DNA from: Longimicrobiales bacterium
GTDB lineage: Bacteria > Gemmatimonadota > Gemmatimonadetes > Longimicrobiales > Gaopeijiaceae
Direction of reading: 5' to 3'
DNA length: 64,000 nucleotides
Assembly (NCBI GenBank): GCA_965238005.1
Contig: OZ250165.1
Location: forward strand, 3,200,001-3,264,000
The position numbers and the translations under genes were made by a program. The notes under the pieces were generated by a model. It ran no database searches. It was given only the letters and a program-made list of their open reading frames with translations, and was not told the origin of the DNA. Below are positions 51,505 to 62,189 of the stretch, one piece after another (the stretch's first letter is position 1; each line of letters begins with the position of its first letter).

Positions 51505-52586
51505 GGCGTTGTTGCATGGCTTGGAGCAGAGGACAGATCCCCCATCCCCCGAGCGTAAATCACTCCACGCGGTAGCTGTCCGGCATCCCAAGCAGGGTCA
51601 TCGTGTTGAGAATCTTGCTCGCCAGATGCACCTCAACTCGTTGTCCGTCGATGGATCGACTTCGCATACTTCGACCGATGATCGTCTTGTATCGGAAGAC
51701 GGTATTCTCCACCAGGCTGCGCTGGCTGTAGCCTGAGGACGTGTGCCACTCGCGCCGCCCGAGTTCTCGGATCGAGCGAATGTTGCGATTTCTCTCTTGG
51801 AGTGCGGCCGACGGCTTCGGGCTGAGCTGGGCGTTGCGTCCAGGTGGAATGAGCACACGCACCGCCGGTCCGTCACCCCGCCCATGGGCGGCTTCGTAGA
51901 CCGCCTTGCTGTCGTACGCGCCGTCCGCCAAGACCGATGCGATGGGATCAGCAATCTGCTCCAGCACGGCCGGGACCTGGGTACAGTCATGCGTCCGGCG
52001 AGCGGTCAGATCCGATGCGACGATCTCACCTGATGCAGCGTCGACCGCGAGGTGCAGCTTCCTCCAAGCCCTGTTCCGAGGCGGTTTTTGCATATGACCG
52101 ACGTGAATCCTGAGTCCTGTACTATCGATCAGCAGGTGGAGCGGCCGATCTGTGGGGAGCCTCCGGAGCTGGATCGCGCCGAGTTTGCGAAGCCGCCGGG
52201 ACAGGGTCGTGTGATCAGGGATCGGAAGATCCAACTCGAGCAGCTGGGCCAGCGACCGGAGGAAGCCCTCGGTCTGGCGAAGCGGAAGATGAAAGACCAT
52301 GCCGATCGTCAGCGCAGCCTCGATCGCGAGGTCGGCATAGGTGCGTTGGCCGCCAGGTTTCCCGCTCGCCGGAGCACGCCAAGCATCGAGCGCGGCATCG
52401 GAGAGCCAGACAGTCAGGGCGCCACGCTTCTGGAGGCCCGCCTCGTACTCAGCCCAATTCCCCACCCGATATCGAGGCTTCGCGTACTTGTACTGGCTGC
52501 GCTTCGGATACTTCACGGGTGCTCACTCCAGGGTCAGGGGTTTCGCATCACCATGAACCTACAATCAGGAGCCATGCACCAAGGCC
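51505..52586 (-). mobile_element. IS5-family (IS903-like) insertion sequence
   Basis: IRs GGCGTTGTTGCATGGCT / rc GGCCTTGGTGCATGGCT; no clean TSD. Confidence 0.85.
51560..52516 (-). CDS. IS5-family transposase
   Basis: NWAEYEAGL, LPLRQTEG, IDSTGL, WRKLHLAVD, ADGAYD, RSLVENTVFRYK. Confidence 0.92.
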   Translation of the reverse strand: MKYPKRSQYKYAKPRYRVGNWAEYEAGLQKRGALTVWLSDAALDAWRAPASGKPGGQRTYADLAIEAALTIGMVFHLPLRQTEGFLRSLAQLLELDLPIPDHTTLSRRLRKLGAIQLRRLPTDRPLHLLIDSTGLRIHVGHMQKPPRNRAWRKLHLAVDAASGEIVASDLTARRTHDCTQVPAVLEQIADPIASVLADGAYDSKAVYEAAHGRGDGPAVRVLIPPGRNAQLSPKPSAALQERNRNIRSIRELGRREWHTSSGYSQRSLVENTVFRYKTIIGRSMRSRSIDGQRVEVHLASKILNTMTLLGMPDSYRVE

Positions 52587-53979
52587 CCTCCTCGTAGAAC
52601 TGGTGGAAGCTGCCGCCATGCAGGTGGGTCACGACCCGAGCACCGAATGCCTTGGCCAGCAGTATTAAGAGGCCATCTCGAAGATACGCCAAGGCCGTCT
52701 GCGAAACCTGCACGTAGACGGCGGTCGGTCGTTTTCGCCTGAGCATCCCCGTGTATCTCGCCAGGTGCAGAACCGCCAACCTCACGTTTTGGAGATCGAA
52801 TCTACCGATGTTCTTCAGCGAGCGTCGATCCGCGGTATCGAGATGAGCGACTCGGCAGCACCGATGCAGTGCAGGCGTCTCCAGGAGCATTCGCGTGTGG
52901 ACGGAGACGCCGTGGACCGGAGGGGGTGTCGGTCCGACCAGAAGCACGGTGGGCCGGTCGTCCGGCGGAGTCGCTGGGATCCTTGACCGCACCAGCCATG
53001 GGACGATAACCCACTTCAGGTTGAGAAGATGCCGTCTCGCCTGGAATACCCTCGGATACCGCTCCTTCGCCTCGCGCAATCCGGGCGTCAGGACTCCCAC
53101 CACCGCAATGGCCAACCGCGTGAGCGAGCGGAGCGCGAATAGTCCTCGGGCGATCCAACCGGATACTCTCCCCCACTTTTCCCGAATCAGAGCTACTCTA
53201 ACCGGCCCCTCGAGCAGGCTCAGCTCAAGTGGACTTGTAGCCGAAGAAACTCCTTGCGCATGGACAGTCTCCACGTCTCCAAGATACCTGATCCGGAAGC
53301 CGGCTCGGGAGATCCGGAGGCAGAACGCAAGGTCTTCGTGGTACATGAAGAGCTCATCGGGCAGACCCCCGACTCGAAGGGCCAGGGGTCGCCGGACCAT
53401 CATGAAGGCACCCGTGAGGGCCTCCACGTCCCGCCGGCCCTCATGATCCCAACTTCCCATCAACTGATCGGCAAAGATGGGATGATCCGGAAAGCCGACC
53501 TGGAGGTAGAACGCTTCCCATATGAGATGCCGAAGGCGGTAATGCCGGCGGGCGCACTCTTTCTGGACGTTGCCGTCCGGGTAGATCAGACGGCATCCCA
53601 CCATCCCGATTTCGGGATCGCTGTCCAACTCGCTGACACAGGCTTCCAGAGTCCCCTCACCCACAACCGTGTCCGGATTCAGGAAGAGGACGTATCGGCC
53701 CCGGGCTTCAAGCAGCGCTTGGTTATTGGCGCGAGGGAATCCGACGTTCTGTGAGTTCTGGATGATCCTCACCCAGGGGAACGCCTCGGCTACGGTCTCG
53801 ACGGTGCCATCGGAGGACGCGTTGTCCACGAGGATCGCCTCCAGGGTCAGCACACCGGCGCAGTGTGTGAGAGCCTCGAGGCATTCGAGCACCGGTTCCT
53901 TGACGTTCCACGTCACGATAACGACGGAGAGGTCGGGCCTTCGTGTCGACCCTGGAGAAATCGATGCGTCGGTGCTCAT
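52587..53979 (-). pseudogene. GT2-GT4 fusion glycosyltransferase truncated by IS5
   Basis: GT2 (VVIVTWN, DNASSDG, FLNPD, FMYHED) then GT4 N-domain (GPTPPPVHG...THLHGG) cut at IS end. Confidence 0.8.
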
Positions 53980-54067
53980 GCCGGTGCTAGGGAGAGCCCA
54001 GGCCTACGACGTCCAACGAGCTCGTTCCCGGCGAGGAGCGCACCGGTCCGCACGGCATCCTGCCCGC

Positions 54068-54907
54068 TCAGTACGCCCCGTGGCCCCGAATGACGGCTGG
54101 GATCGTCTTGAGGAGGATCTTGAAGTCGAGCCAGAGGCTCCACTCCTCGATGTACTTCAAGTCCAGGTTGGCCCATTCATCGAAGTCGTGGATGTCCGAT
54201 CGGCCCAGGATCTGCCACAGACAAGTGATGCCGGGCTTTACCGCAAGCTTGGCTTTGTGCCAGTCGGCGAAAGTCTCGAACTCCTCGGGGAATGGTGGTC
54301 GAGGGCCAACCAGACTCATGTCTCCCTTGAGCACGCTCCAGAACTGGGGAAGCTCATCGATGCTGTAGGTGCGCAGCCATTGGCCGAGCCGTGTTACGCG
54401 AGGATCGTTCCGAACCTTGAAGGCAGGACCTCGCATGTGGTTCAGGTGCGCCACGGTCTCCTTGAGGTGCTCCGCATTCACGACCATGGAGCGGAGTTTA
54501 TACCCCCGGAAAGGGCGGCCCCGGTACCCTAGCACGCACCACCGGTAGAACGCGGGTCCGCGGCAGGTCATACGGATAAGCAGTCCAATAACCAAGAAGA
54601 CCGGTAGCAAGAGGACCAGGGCGACAAGAGCAACCCAGATATCGATGACTCGTTTGACCCACTGGCCGGCCTTCCAACGGAAACTGCTGGCACGCTCCGG
54701 CAGACACGAGTCCCAGTCGATGGGCCGCGACCCCACGTCGATCACCGCGAGGACAGCCTCCGGTCGACCATTCGCCGCGGCGCTCTCTGAGCCAACTGGA
54801 GTACGCCCGTCCGAGGGTGCAGCCTTCGTTCTCGACTCCAACTCGGGAGCTGGCGGTGCCACCGTGATCTCGGTCTCCAAGCGAGACACGTGCTGCTCCG
54901 ACTTCAC
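54068..54907 (-). CDS. Bacterial sugar transferase (initiating phosphoglycosyl transferase)
   Basis: KRVIDI, KLRSM, DPRVT, SIDELPQ, GDMSLVGPRP. Confidence 0.92.
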   Translation of the reverse strand: MKSEQHVSRLETEITVAPPAPELESRTKAAPSDGRTPVGSESAAANGRPEAVLAVIDVGSRPIDWDSCLPERASSFRWKAGQWVKRVIDIWVALVALVLLLPVFLVIGLLIRMTCRGPAFYRWCVLGYRGRPFRGYKLRSMVVNAEHLKETVAHLNHMRGPAFKVRNDPRVTRLGQWLRTYSIDELPQFWSVLKGDMSLVGPRPPFPEEFETFADWHKAKLAVKPGITCLWQILGRSDIHDFDEWANLDLKYIEEWSLWLDFKILLKTIPAVIRGHGAY

Positions 54908-55108
54908 GGGCGCGCTCGCGATAATTCAGCCTCGATCGTCATGACACTCTCCCGATTCGGATGACCGGGGCGATGTTGGGGGCTCAAGTTGCGCATGCGA
55001 TGCGTGATGCTCAGAACAGAAAAAAACGGGCTACGGATCAAGCTCGGGCGTAATCTCAAGGTAGCTCACCGACTACGGAGCCGACAGCCAAACAACGCAC
55101 AGTTGAGT

Positions 55109-57085
55109 TCACGCCTGCTCGGAGAGCAGCTCGGGTACGTCATCCGAGTGAGTCGAGCCAGACTCAGAGACCCCTGGTCTGGCAGCATCAGTCGGATGGG
55201 CTTCAGTCCCGGGAACGAGCTCTCTGAGGGCCCGTCGAATATACTCGACCCCATGGTCGTCAGCGCCGCCATCCACCGCCTCGAGAAGAGCCTTCAGCAT
55301 CGCCAGCGTACGGTCACTTACCTCAGTCTGAACCAGCCGGATCTGGTCGATCGAGGTAGGCACGGTCACCTCATCGGGTCCCGTCAACTCCTCCGACAAC
55401 TTCTCACCGGGGCGCAATCCGATGAACTCGACCTCCGCATCGAGCCCCTCCTCCCGGCCTGCAAGACGGATCAGTTTGCGGGCGATATCCAGTATCTGGA
55501 CGGGTTCACCCATCTCCAACATGACGACGGTCCCTTTGGCCTCAGGCAGAAGCGAAGACTGTAGTACCAGTTGCGTGGCCTCGGGGATGGTCATGAAGAA
55601 GCGCTGGACCTCGGGATGCGTCACAGTGATCGGCTTGCCCTCTGCAAGCTGCTGCTGAAAGAGCGGAATGACACTGCCCTTGCTCCCGAGCACGTTACCG
55701 AAGCGCACGGCCACGAACCACGTGGAGGGGAAACGGTGTTGGCTCTGCAAAGTGACGTACTCGGCCAAACGCTTCGTCGCTCCCATCACGCTCGTCGGCT
55801 CAACGGCCTTGTCCGTCGAAATCAAGACGAACTTCTCCGCGCCAAACCGGCCAGCTGCCTCCGCTACCCTGAGCGTTCCAACCACGTTGTTCCTCACGGC
55901 CTCACGTGGGTTGGATTCCATCAACGGAACGTGTTTGTAGGCTGCCGCGTGGAACACGCGGCTTGGGTGGTACTCCTCAAAGATCCGATCCAGCGTGTAC
56001 GAATCCAGAATGTCGGCAACTGCCGGGACAATTCGCAGATGTGGATGCTTCTCGCGGAGCTCGAGCTCGAGATGATAGAGATCGGTCTCCGCTTGATCAA
56101 AGAGAACCAGGCACTGCGGCTCGTGTGCGGCCACCTGACGTACCAGCTCTGATCCGATCGACCCTGCTGCTCCTGTCAAGAGGACCGATTGTCCCTCTAG
56201 GTCCTCGGCGAGCTCGGGCAACTCGAGTGTGATGGGTGCCCTTCCGAGCAAGTCCTCGAGCTGGGCCTCTCGGAGGTGATCGATCTTGGCCTCTCCCGTC
56301 AGCACCTCGGCGATCCCCGGAAGAACCTTGGTGGGGACGTCTGCCGCTTCGCAGTACTCCATGATTCGGCGGAGATCGTCGGGCTGCGCAGACGGGATTG
56401 CCACAACGATCTCCTGCGCCCCCATCCTTGACGTTATCGCAACAAGATCCTCGGTCGATCCCATCACCTCCACACCGTGGATCGTCGTGCCCCAGGTGAA
56501 AGGATTGTCGTCCAAGAATGCGATAGGGCGATACCCGGTAGATTGCCGAAGCATTTCCCTCGCAAGCCCACTCCCGGCCTCTCCCGCACCAACAATCAGA
56601 ACGGCAGTATGCAAGCTGTTCGAGTCCTCTCTCTGGCGGAAGAGCTCATAGCCAACCCGATAGGCGAACCACACTCCCGCCGTGAGATAGGTGGTGAACA
56701 CCCACTCCATGAGGATGATGGATCGCGGCACCGCAGGGCTCAGCGGCATCATCGTCACAGCCATAAAGAACAAGGCCGTGCCGAGAGCGGTAGCTCCCAT
56801 GAGCCGAACCACGTCTCCGAGGCCGACATCACGCCAACTGCCAACGGCGATCTTGAAGATCGAGTCGCTCACGGCTCGTACCACCAGCAGCACCGGAAGA
56901 GTCACCAAGAACGTGGTGGTCAACGACTCTGGCCACTCGAACTCGAAGCGAAGGAGGTAGGCGATCGCATACGCCGATGCGGCAGTGCCCGCATAGATAA
57001 CAAGCGCGAGGAGCTTCCTATTCCGCATGACCAAGAGGATCAGGGAGCCCGGAGAGCGTGCCGAGTCAGTCATCTGGTCGTTCAC
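55109..57085 (-). CDS. CapD/PglF-type membrane nucleotide-sugar 4,6-dehydratase
   Basis: TM N-term, GAGEAG, TGAAGSIG, HAAAYKHVP, STDKAV, RFGNVLGS. Confidence 0.92.
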   Translation of the reverse strand: MNDQMTDSARSPGSLILLVMRNRKLLALVIYAGTAASAYAIAYLLRFEFEWPESLTTTFLVTLPVLLVVRAVSDSIFKIAVGSWRDVGLGDVVRLMGATALGTALFFMAVTMMPLSPAVPRSIILMEWVFTTYLTAGVWFAYRVGYELFRQREDSNSLHTAVLIVGAGEAGSGLAREMLRQSTGYRPIAFLDDNPFTWGTTIHGVEVMGSTEDLVAITSRMGAQEIVVAIPSAQPDDLRRIMEYCEAADVPTKVLPGIAEVLTGEAKIDHLREAQLEDLLGRAPITLELPELAEDLEGQSVLLTGAAGSIGSELVRQVAAHEPQCLVLFDQAETDLYHLELELREKHPHLRIVPAVADILDSYTLDRIFEEYHPSRVFHAAAYKHVPLMESNPREAVRNNVVGTLRVAEAAGRFGAEKFVLISTDKAVEPTSVMGATKRLAEYVTLQSQHRFPSTWFVAVRFGNVLGSKGSVIPLFQQQLAEGKPITVTHPEVQRFFMTIPEATQLVLQSSLLPEAKGTVVMLEMGEPVQILDIARKLIRLAGREEGLDAEVEFIGLRPGEKLSEELTGPDEVTVPTSIDQIRLVQTEVSDRTLAMLKALLEAVDGGADDHGVEYIRRALRELVPGTEAHPTDAARPGVSESGSTHSDDVPELLSEQA

Positions 57086-57238
57086 ATCTCCCTGCGGTGG
57101 GGCTTATCGATCTTGGGGGATTCTGACTTGTTCATCACGTCGGGCGGGTATCGAGGAAGTCCACAATACCCGTTCCAAAGATGCCACTCTCCGCAGTCCT
57201 ACGGCTAGAGCGCTCTTCCAGGTCGTTTGTGCGGATAG

Positions 57239-58213
57239 TTACGATGTGACCTTCACCCGGTAGTACTCAACCACGTCATCGATGATCTCGTCCATGGACC
57301 TCTCAGGCTCCCACCCGAGCAGGCCCCTGATCTTCGCCGTATCCGGCTGCCGCCGCTCCATGTCCTCGAAGCCCTCGCCATAGGCCTCGTCGTAGGGGAC
57401 GGTTACGATTTCGGAATCCGAACCGACCCGTTCCCTGACACGTTCCGCCAGAGCCCGGATCGTGAGCTCCCGCTCGTTCCCAATGTTGTACACCTCGCCG
57501 AGCGCCTCCGGCGCCTCCAGGAGTCCCAGCACCGCCCGGACCGAGTCCTCCACGTGGCAGAACGATCGCTGCTGTTCACCGGTCCCGTAGACGGTGATCG
57601 GCTCACCGGCCAGGGCCTGGCTTACGAACGTGGGCACCACCATCCCCCATTCGCCCGTCTGTCTCGGGCCCACGGTGTTGAAGAACCGCCCAAGAATGAC
57701 CGGTAATCCCTTCTCCTGGGCGTAGGCAAGCGCCAGGAACTCGTCCAACGCCTTCGTACACGCGTAGGACCATCGCCGGTGCGTCGTGCTCCCCATTATC
57801 CGGTCGTGCTCCTCGTGGAGCTTGTCACCGCCCTTGCCGTAGATCTCCGAGGTCGAGGCGACATAGAGCGGCGTACCGTGCTCATGGCAGCAGTCCAGGA
57901 CGATCTCCGTACCCCGGACGTTGGTCGTGATCGTCTCGACCGGAGATTCGATGATCTTCCGCACGCCCACCGCCGCCGCCAGATGTACCACCTGTTCCAC
58001 CTGGCCGACGGTATCGTTCATCATAGGGTGGTTGAGAATCGAGTCGACGATGAGGTGTAGGGACTCGTGGTGTCGGACTTCGGCCAGATTGTCGAGGCTG
58101 CCCGTCGACAGATCGTCGACCACGAACACGGTCTTCCCCCGCTCCAGAAGGCGCTCCACGAGGTGTGAGCCGATGAAGCCGGCACCTCCCGTGACTAGGA
58201 TAGAATCCGCCAT
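57239..58213 (-). CDS. NAD-dependent nucleotide-sugar epimerase/dehydratase
   Basis: TGGAGFIG, STSEIYG, YACTK, RFFNTVGPRQ. Confidence 0.9.
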   Translation of the reverse strand: MADSILVTGGAGFIGSHLVERLLERGKTVFVVDDLSTGSLDNLAEVRHHESLHLIVDSILNHPMMNDTVGQVEQVVHLAAAVGVRKIIESPVETITTNVRGTEIVLDCCHEHGTPLYVASTSEIYGKGGDKLHEEHDRIMGSTTHRRWSYACTKALDEFLALAYAQEKGLPVILGRFFNTVGPRQTGEWGMVVPTFVSQALAGEPITVYGTGEQQRSFCHVEDSVRAVLGLLEAPEALGEVYNIGNERELTIRALAERVRERVGSDSEIVTVPYDEAYGEGFEDMERRQPDTAKIRGLLGWEPERSMDEIIDDVVEYYRVKVTS

Positions 58214-58231
58214 TACGTCTCGCTCCTAAGA

Positions 58232-59959
58232 TCAGGGCGCTGCGGCGCCAATGTACCCCTCCTTCTCCAGGTGGAGAAAGATCTGGTGAGCCGCCTCCGA
58301 GGGAGAGACGTCGGTCGTGTCGATGACGACATCGGCGCTATCGGGCTCCTCGTACGGATCCGAGATCCCAGTGAACTCCTTGATGATGCCGGCCCGGGCC
58401 TTTGCGTAGAGTCCTTTCCGGTCGCGGGCTTCGCACGTCTCGAGAGGTGTGGAGAGATAGACGAGAACGTAGCCACCCACCGAGGAGATCATCTCCCGGT
58501 TCTGCCTCCGAACCTCGCCGTAGGGGGCGATGGGAGCGCAGATCGCGATGCCTCCACCCTTGGTGATCTCCGAAGCCACGAAGCCGATGCGCCGAATGTT
58601 GAGGTCCCGGTGCTCTCTGCTGAAGCCCAGCTCGGACGACAGGTTCTTTCGGACGATGTCCCCGTCGAGCAGCGTCACGGACCGCCCCCCCATCTCCAGC
58701 AGCTTGACCCGAAGGACGTTGGCCACCGTGGACTTGCCCGAGCCCGACAGGCCCGTGAAGAAGACTGTGAACCCCTGCCTTCGTCGGGGTGGGTAGCTCC
58801 TTCGCAGTTCCTTCTCCACGGCGGGAAACGTGAACCACTCCGGAATCTCCCTGCCATCCGCAAGGCGATCTCTGAGCTCCGTCCCCGAGATGGACTTGGC
58901 TTCGACGCCCTCCGGCACCTCGTCCACGGGCACGAAGGTGTCTTGATCCTCCACGTATACCATGAGGCGGAACGGGACCATCTCGACCCCCAGCTCCTCC
59001 TCGTGCTCCCGCATCATCTCTTGCGCGTCGTAGGGTCCGTAGAAGGGCGTTCCCGACGATTCACTACCGGGACCCGCATGGTCCCTACCGACGATCAAGT
59101 GCGTGCACCCGTGGTTCTTTCGGATGATGGCGTGCAGCAGCGCCTCACGAGGCCCGCCCATGCGCATGGCCAGGTTCAGGAGCGACAGCTTGGCCGTGAA
59201 CCGGGGATAGGTATCCATGAGCGCCTGATAGCAGCGGACCCGGGTGAAGTGATCGACGTCCCCGGGCTTCGTCATGCCCACCACCGGGTGAACCAGTAGG
59301 TTGGCCTCGACCCCCTTGGCCGCCCTCAGGGTCAGCTCCTGATGGGCGCGGTGCATGGGGTTTCGGGTCTGAAACGCCACGATTCTCCGCCAACCCAGAC
59401 GCGCGAAGTCCCCCCGAAGCTGGCGGGGAGTGCTCCTGAGCTCGCGGAAGTCGTAGTGGACGGGCAACTGGAGGCCCTCGACCCCGCCGCCCACGTACAC
59501 CGGATTCGACCACTCCAGGAGGTGGGCGACCCCCGGGTGCTCTCGATGGCCGTTCCCGAAGACCCGCTCGGCCTCTTGTGCTCGATCCGGTCGCCAGATG
59601 TCCTCCACATGTAGCACCGCGAGCATGACGCCCTCGGGATCGCGCAGCGCGAGGTGCGATCCGGCCTCCAATCCCTCCGCAGCATCTTCAGTGATGTCCA
59701 GAGTGATGGGAATGGGCCACAGCGTCCCGTCCGCAAGCCGCATCTGCTCGCATACAGGTTCATAGTCCCGGGGCGTCATGAACCCGGCCAGAGGCGAGAA
59801 CGCACCGTTCAGGAGCAGCTCGAGATCGCTGATCTGACGCGGGGTGAGCTCCCACGAGGGCCAGTCCAACGATGTGGCCCTGAGCTCGTCTCCTCGCTCG
59901 CGATCGACGACGAGGTCCAAGAGCTCGCCGCCGTGGGGCGTGATCAGGTGATCCGTCAT
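58232..59959 (-). CDS. sat-cysC: Bifunctional sulfate adenylyltransferase / adenylylsulfate kinase
   Basis: FQTRNPMHRAH, VGRDHAG; C-terminal TGLSGSGKST, LDGD, RDRKGLY. Confidence 0.95.
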   Translation of the reverse strand: MTDHLITPHGGELLDLVVDRERGDELRATSLDWPSWELTPRQISDLELLLNGAFSPLAGFMTPRDYEPVCEQMRLADGTLWPIPITLDITEDAAEGLEAGSHLALRDPEGVMLAVLHVEDIWRPDRAQEAERVFGNGHREHPGVAHLLEWSNPVYVGGGVEGLQLPVHYDFRELRSTPRQLRGDFARLGWRRIVAFQTRNPMHRAHQELTLRAAKGVEANLLVHPVVGMTKPGDVDHFTRVRCYQALMDTYPRFTAKLSLLNLAMRMGGPREALLHAIIRKNHGCTHLIVGRDHAGPGSESSGTPFYGPYDAQEMMREHEEELGVEMVPFRLMVYVEDQDTFVPVDEVPEGVEAKSISGTELRDRLADGREIPEWFTFPAVEKELRRSYPPRRRQGFTVFFTGLSGSGKSTVANVLRVKLLEMGGRSVTLLDGDIVRKNLSSELGFSREHRDLNIRRIGFVASEITKGGGIAICAPIAPYGEVRRQNREMISSVGGYVLVYLSTPLETCEARDRKGLYAKARAGIIKEFTGISDPYEEPDSADVVIDTTDVSPSEAAHQIFLHLEKEGYIGAAAP

Positions 59960-60181
59960 CAGGAAGTCAGGGTGTTGTCGGTCATCTCAGGGAGTCAGGG
60001 TAAGGAGCTCTTCGAGCCAGGCAGGGGTCTAGCGGCTCTCTCCGCCAGCCAAGCTACCACCCACACCCGCCCCGTCAACGACTACGCGCCAGCCCTATCG
60101 TCACTCTGAGCTCCAGCATGGCCCCGTTCTCTGCCACTCCGGCCTCGAAGTCGAGCTCCGATATGCGCTCATAACCTCCTG

Positions 60182-60376
60182 GTGGAGAGCAGCACCGCCG
60201 AGCTGGAAGCCGAGGCCGTCGAGAGCTGGCTTGTCCGTTTCGCGGATCAGACCTTCTCGCTCACCGACGCGGTGAGCTTCACGGTCATGACGATGCGAGG
60301 AATCGAGGAGGCGCTGACGCTGGACCACCACTTCACTGTGGCAGGCTTCGTGGGGCGCCCCGAAGGGAGCACTTAG
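60182..60376 (+). pseudogene. C-terminal half of PIN-domain (VapC-like) toxin
   Basis: FSLTDAVSFTVM...ALTLDHHFTVAGF; N-terminal half and antitoxin absent. Confidence 0.7.
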
Positions 60377-60532
60377 TCCGACACGAGGCGGCGCGGATCG
60401 ACGAGCCCTCGGCCCCGTCACGCCGCCCTCCGGCCAGTCACGAGCCGCAGGGTCGCGCCGACGAGGATACCACCCCGCAACAGGGCGGGCTCCAGGAACC
60501 GAGGCGCGTGCCACGCATAAAGACGCCCGGCG

Positions 60533-61768
60533 TCAGGCTCGCCGCAGTACCAGCGTGGCGTTCGACCCCCCGAAGGCGAACGAGTTCGATAGGGCGACCT
60601 CGAGATCCGGGGCGTCGCGGCCCACACCAGCTACGCAGTCGAGATCGCACTCCGGATCTGGAACGGTCAGGTGGGCCGTCGGCGGAATTCGGCGCTCGTG
60701 GAGCGCCAGCGCGGTAATCGCGCACTCGAGCGCCCCGGAGGCCCCCACCAGATGCCCGTGCATGGACTTGGTCGAACTGATGGCGACGTTCTGAGCCGCC
60801 GCTCCGAACACTCGTTTGACCGCCTCGATCTCGACCGGGTCGCCCGTCGGCGTTCCCGTCGCGTGCGCATTGATATAACCAACATCATCGGCCGGGACCC
60901 CTGCGTCTTCCAGGGCATTGCGAATGGCCCGCTCCTGACCATCCACCGACGGCTCCGTCAGCTTGTGCGCGTCGCTCGAAGCGCCGAATCCGACGACCTC
61001 TGCCAGGGGCTCGGCCCCCCGTGCCGCGGCTCGCTCCTCGCTCTCGAGAATGAGCGTGGCCGCGCCCTCTCCCAGAACGAGGCCGGTACGCTCCAAGTCG
61101 AACGGACGGCTGGACATCCTCGCACCGTCCGCGTGCTCCTTGGCAACTACACCGACGGCCTGCCACGCCGCCACGGACCCGTCGTTGAGCATGGCCTCCG
61201 CCCCCCCGGCGATGACCACATGGGAGTAGCCGTCTCGGATCGACCGGAAGGCTTCGCCGATCGCGACGGACGAAGAGGCGCAGGCGATCGAGTACGTATG
61301 CGCCGGCCCGCGAATGCCGAACTGAATGCAAACCTGAGAGGCCGGACCACTGGCCATGATCAGAGGGACGGTCGTCGGCCTACTACGCCTGCTGTGACGC
61401 TCGAAGTAGATACTGTAGGATTGTTGGAGGATCTCGGCTCCTCCGAGCCCACACCCCATGTATACTCCCGCTTCCTCGGGCCCACCTCCTTCCACAAGGA
61501 GATCGGAGTCCTCCAGGGCGTTTCGGGTCGATACTACGGCCATCTGCGCCGCGCGCGCCATGAAGAGCCGGTCGACCTTGTCGATTCGGTCGCCCGGTTC
61601 GAAGTCGATGGAGGCGAGCAGCACGTCCGCGCCCAGCTCGGGAGTGCCCGATCGGACCAAACGAATAGCGGACTCTCCGCGACAGAGGCTGTCGAAGATA
61701 TCCGCTGGGTTCTCCCCGTGCGGGGACACGAATCCGAGCCCCGTTACGAAGACGCGGCGGCCACGCAC
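60533..61768 (-). CDS. fabF: Beta-ketoacyl-ACP synthase II-like
   Basis: IACASS, NAHATGT, KSMHGHLVGA, NSFAFGG. Confidence 0.88.
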   Translation of the reverse strand: MRGRRVFVTGLGFVSPHGENPADIFDSLCRGESAIRLVRSGTPELGADVLLASIDFEPGDRIDKVDRLFMARAAQMAVVSTRNALEDSDLLVEGGGPEEAGVYMGCGLGGAEILQQSYSIYFERHSRRSRPTTVPLIMASGPASQVCIQFGIRGPAHTYSIACASSSVAIGEAFRSIRDGYSHVVIAGGAEAMLNDGSVAAWQAVGVVAKEHADGARMSSRPFDLERTGLVLGEGAATLILESEERAAARGAEPLAEVVGFGASSDAHKLTEPSVDGQERAIRNALEDAGVPADDVGYINAHATGTPTGDPVEIEAVKRVFGAAAQNVAISSTKSMHGHLVGASGALECAITALALHERRIPPTAHLTVPDPECDLDCVAGVGRDAPDLEVALSNSFAFGGSNATLVLRRA

Positions 61769-61775
61769 GGGAGGC

Positions 61776-62015
61776 TCAGGCCCCCTTGGCTTGGACGAGC
61801 TCGTCCACCAGGGCGGCGGCTTCCGCGAGTGTCTGGAAGGTGGCGCGCTCTTCGGGGACCTCGATGCCGAATTCGTCTTCAATGTCGAACAGCAGCTCGA
61901 CGACCGTGAGGGAGTCGAGCCCGAGCTCGGTCAGCGCCGCCTCCGGGCTGATCTTCTCTGCATCGACGTCGTACTTCTCGCTCAATACTTCAGCCAAGAA
62001 CGCATAGGCGTTCAC
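61776..62015 (-). CDS. Acyl carrier protein
   Basis: LGLDSL phosphopantetheine motif; AGGAGG RBS then GTG. Confidence 0.9.
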   Translation of the reverse strand: MNAYAFLAEVLSEKYDVDAEKISPEAALTELGLDSLTVVELLFDIEDEFGIEVPEERATFQTLAEAAALVDELVQAKGA

Positions 62016-62189
62016 GCGTTCATACCTCCTGGTGGACATGATCCGGGAAAGCTCGAGATCCGGCCGCCCAAGGTAGGGCCTCCGGTCTCCCCTGTGAAAC
62101 AACCGCGCACGTGACCGCACGGACCCGTCCTCATGGCACTGTCCCTCGTTGCACGATCACCTTTCGCAGCCCGAGCGTCGCATTGACCG

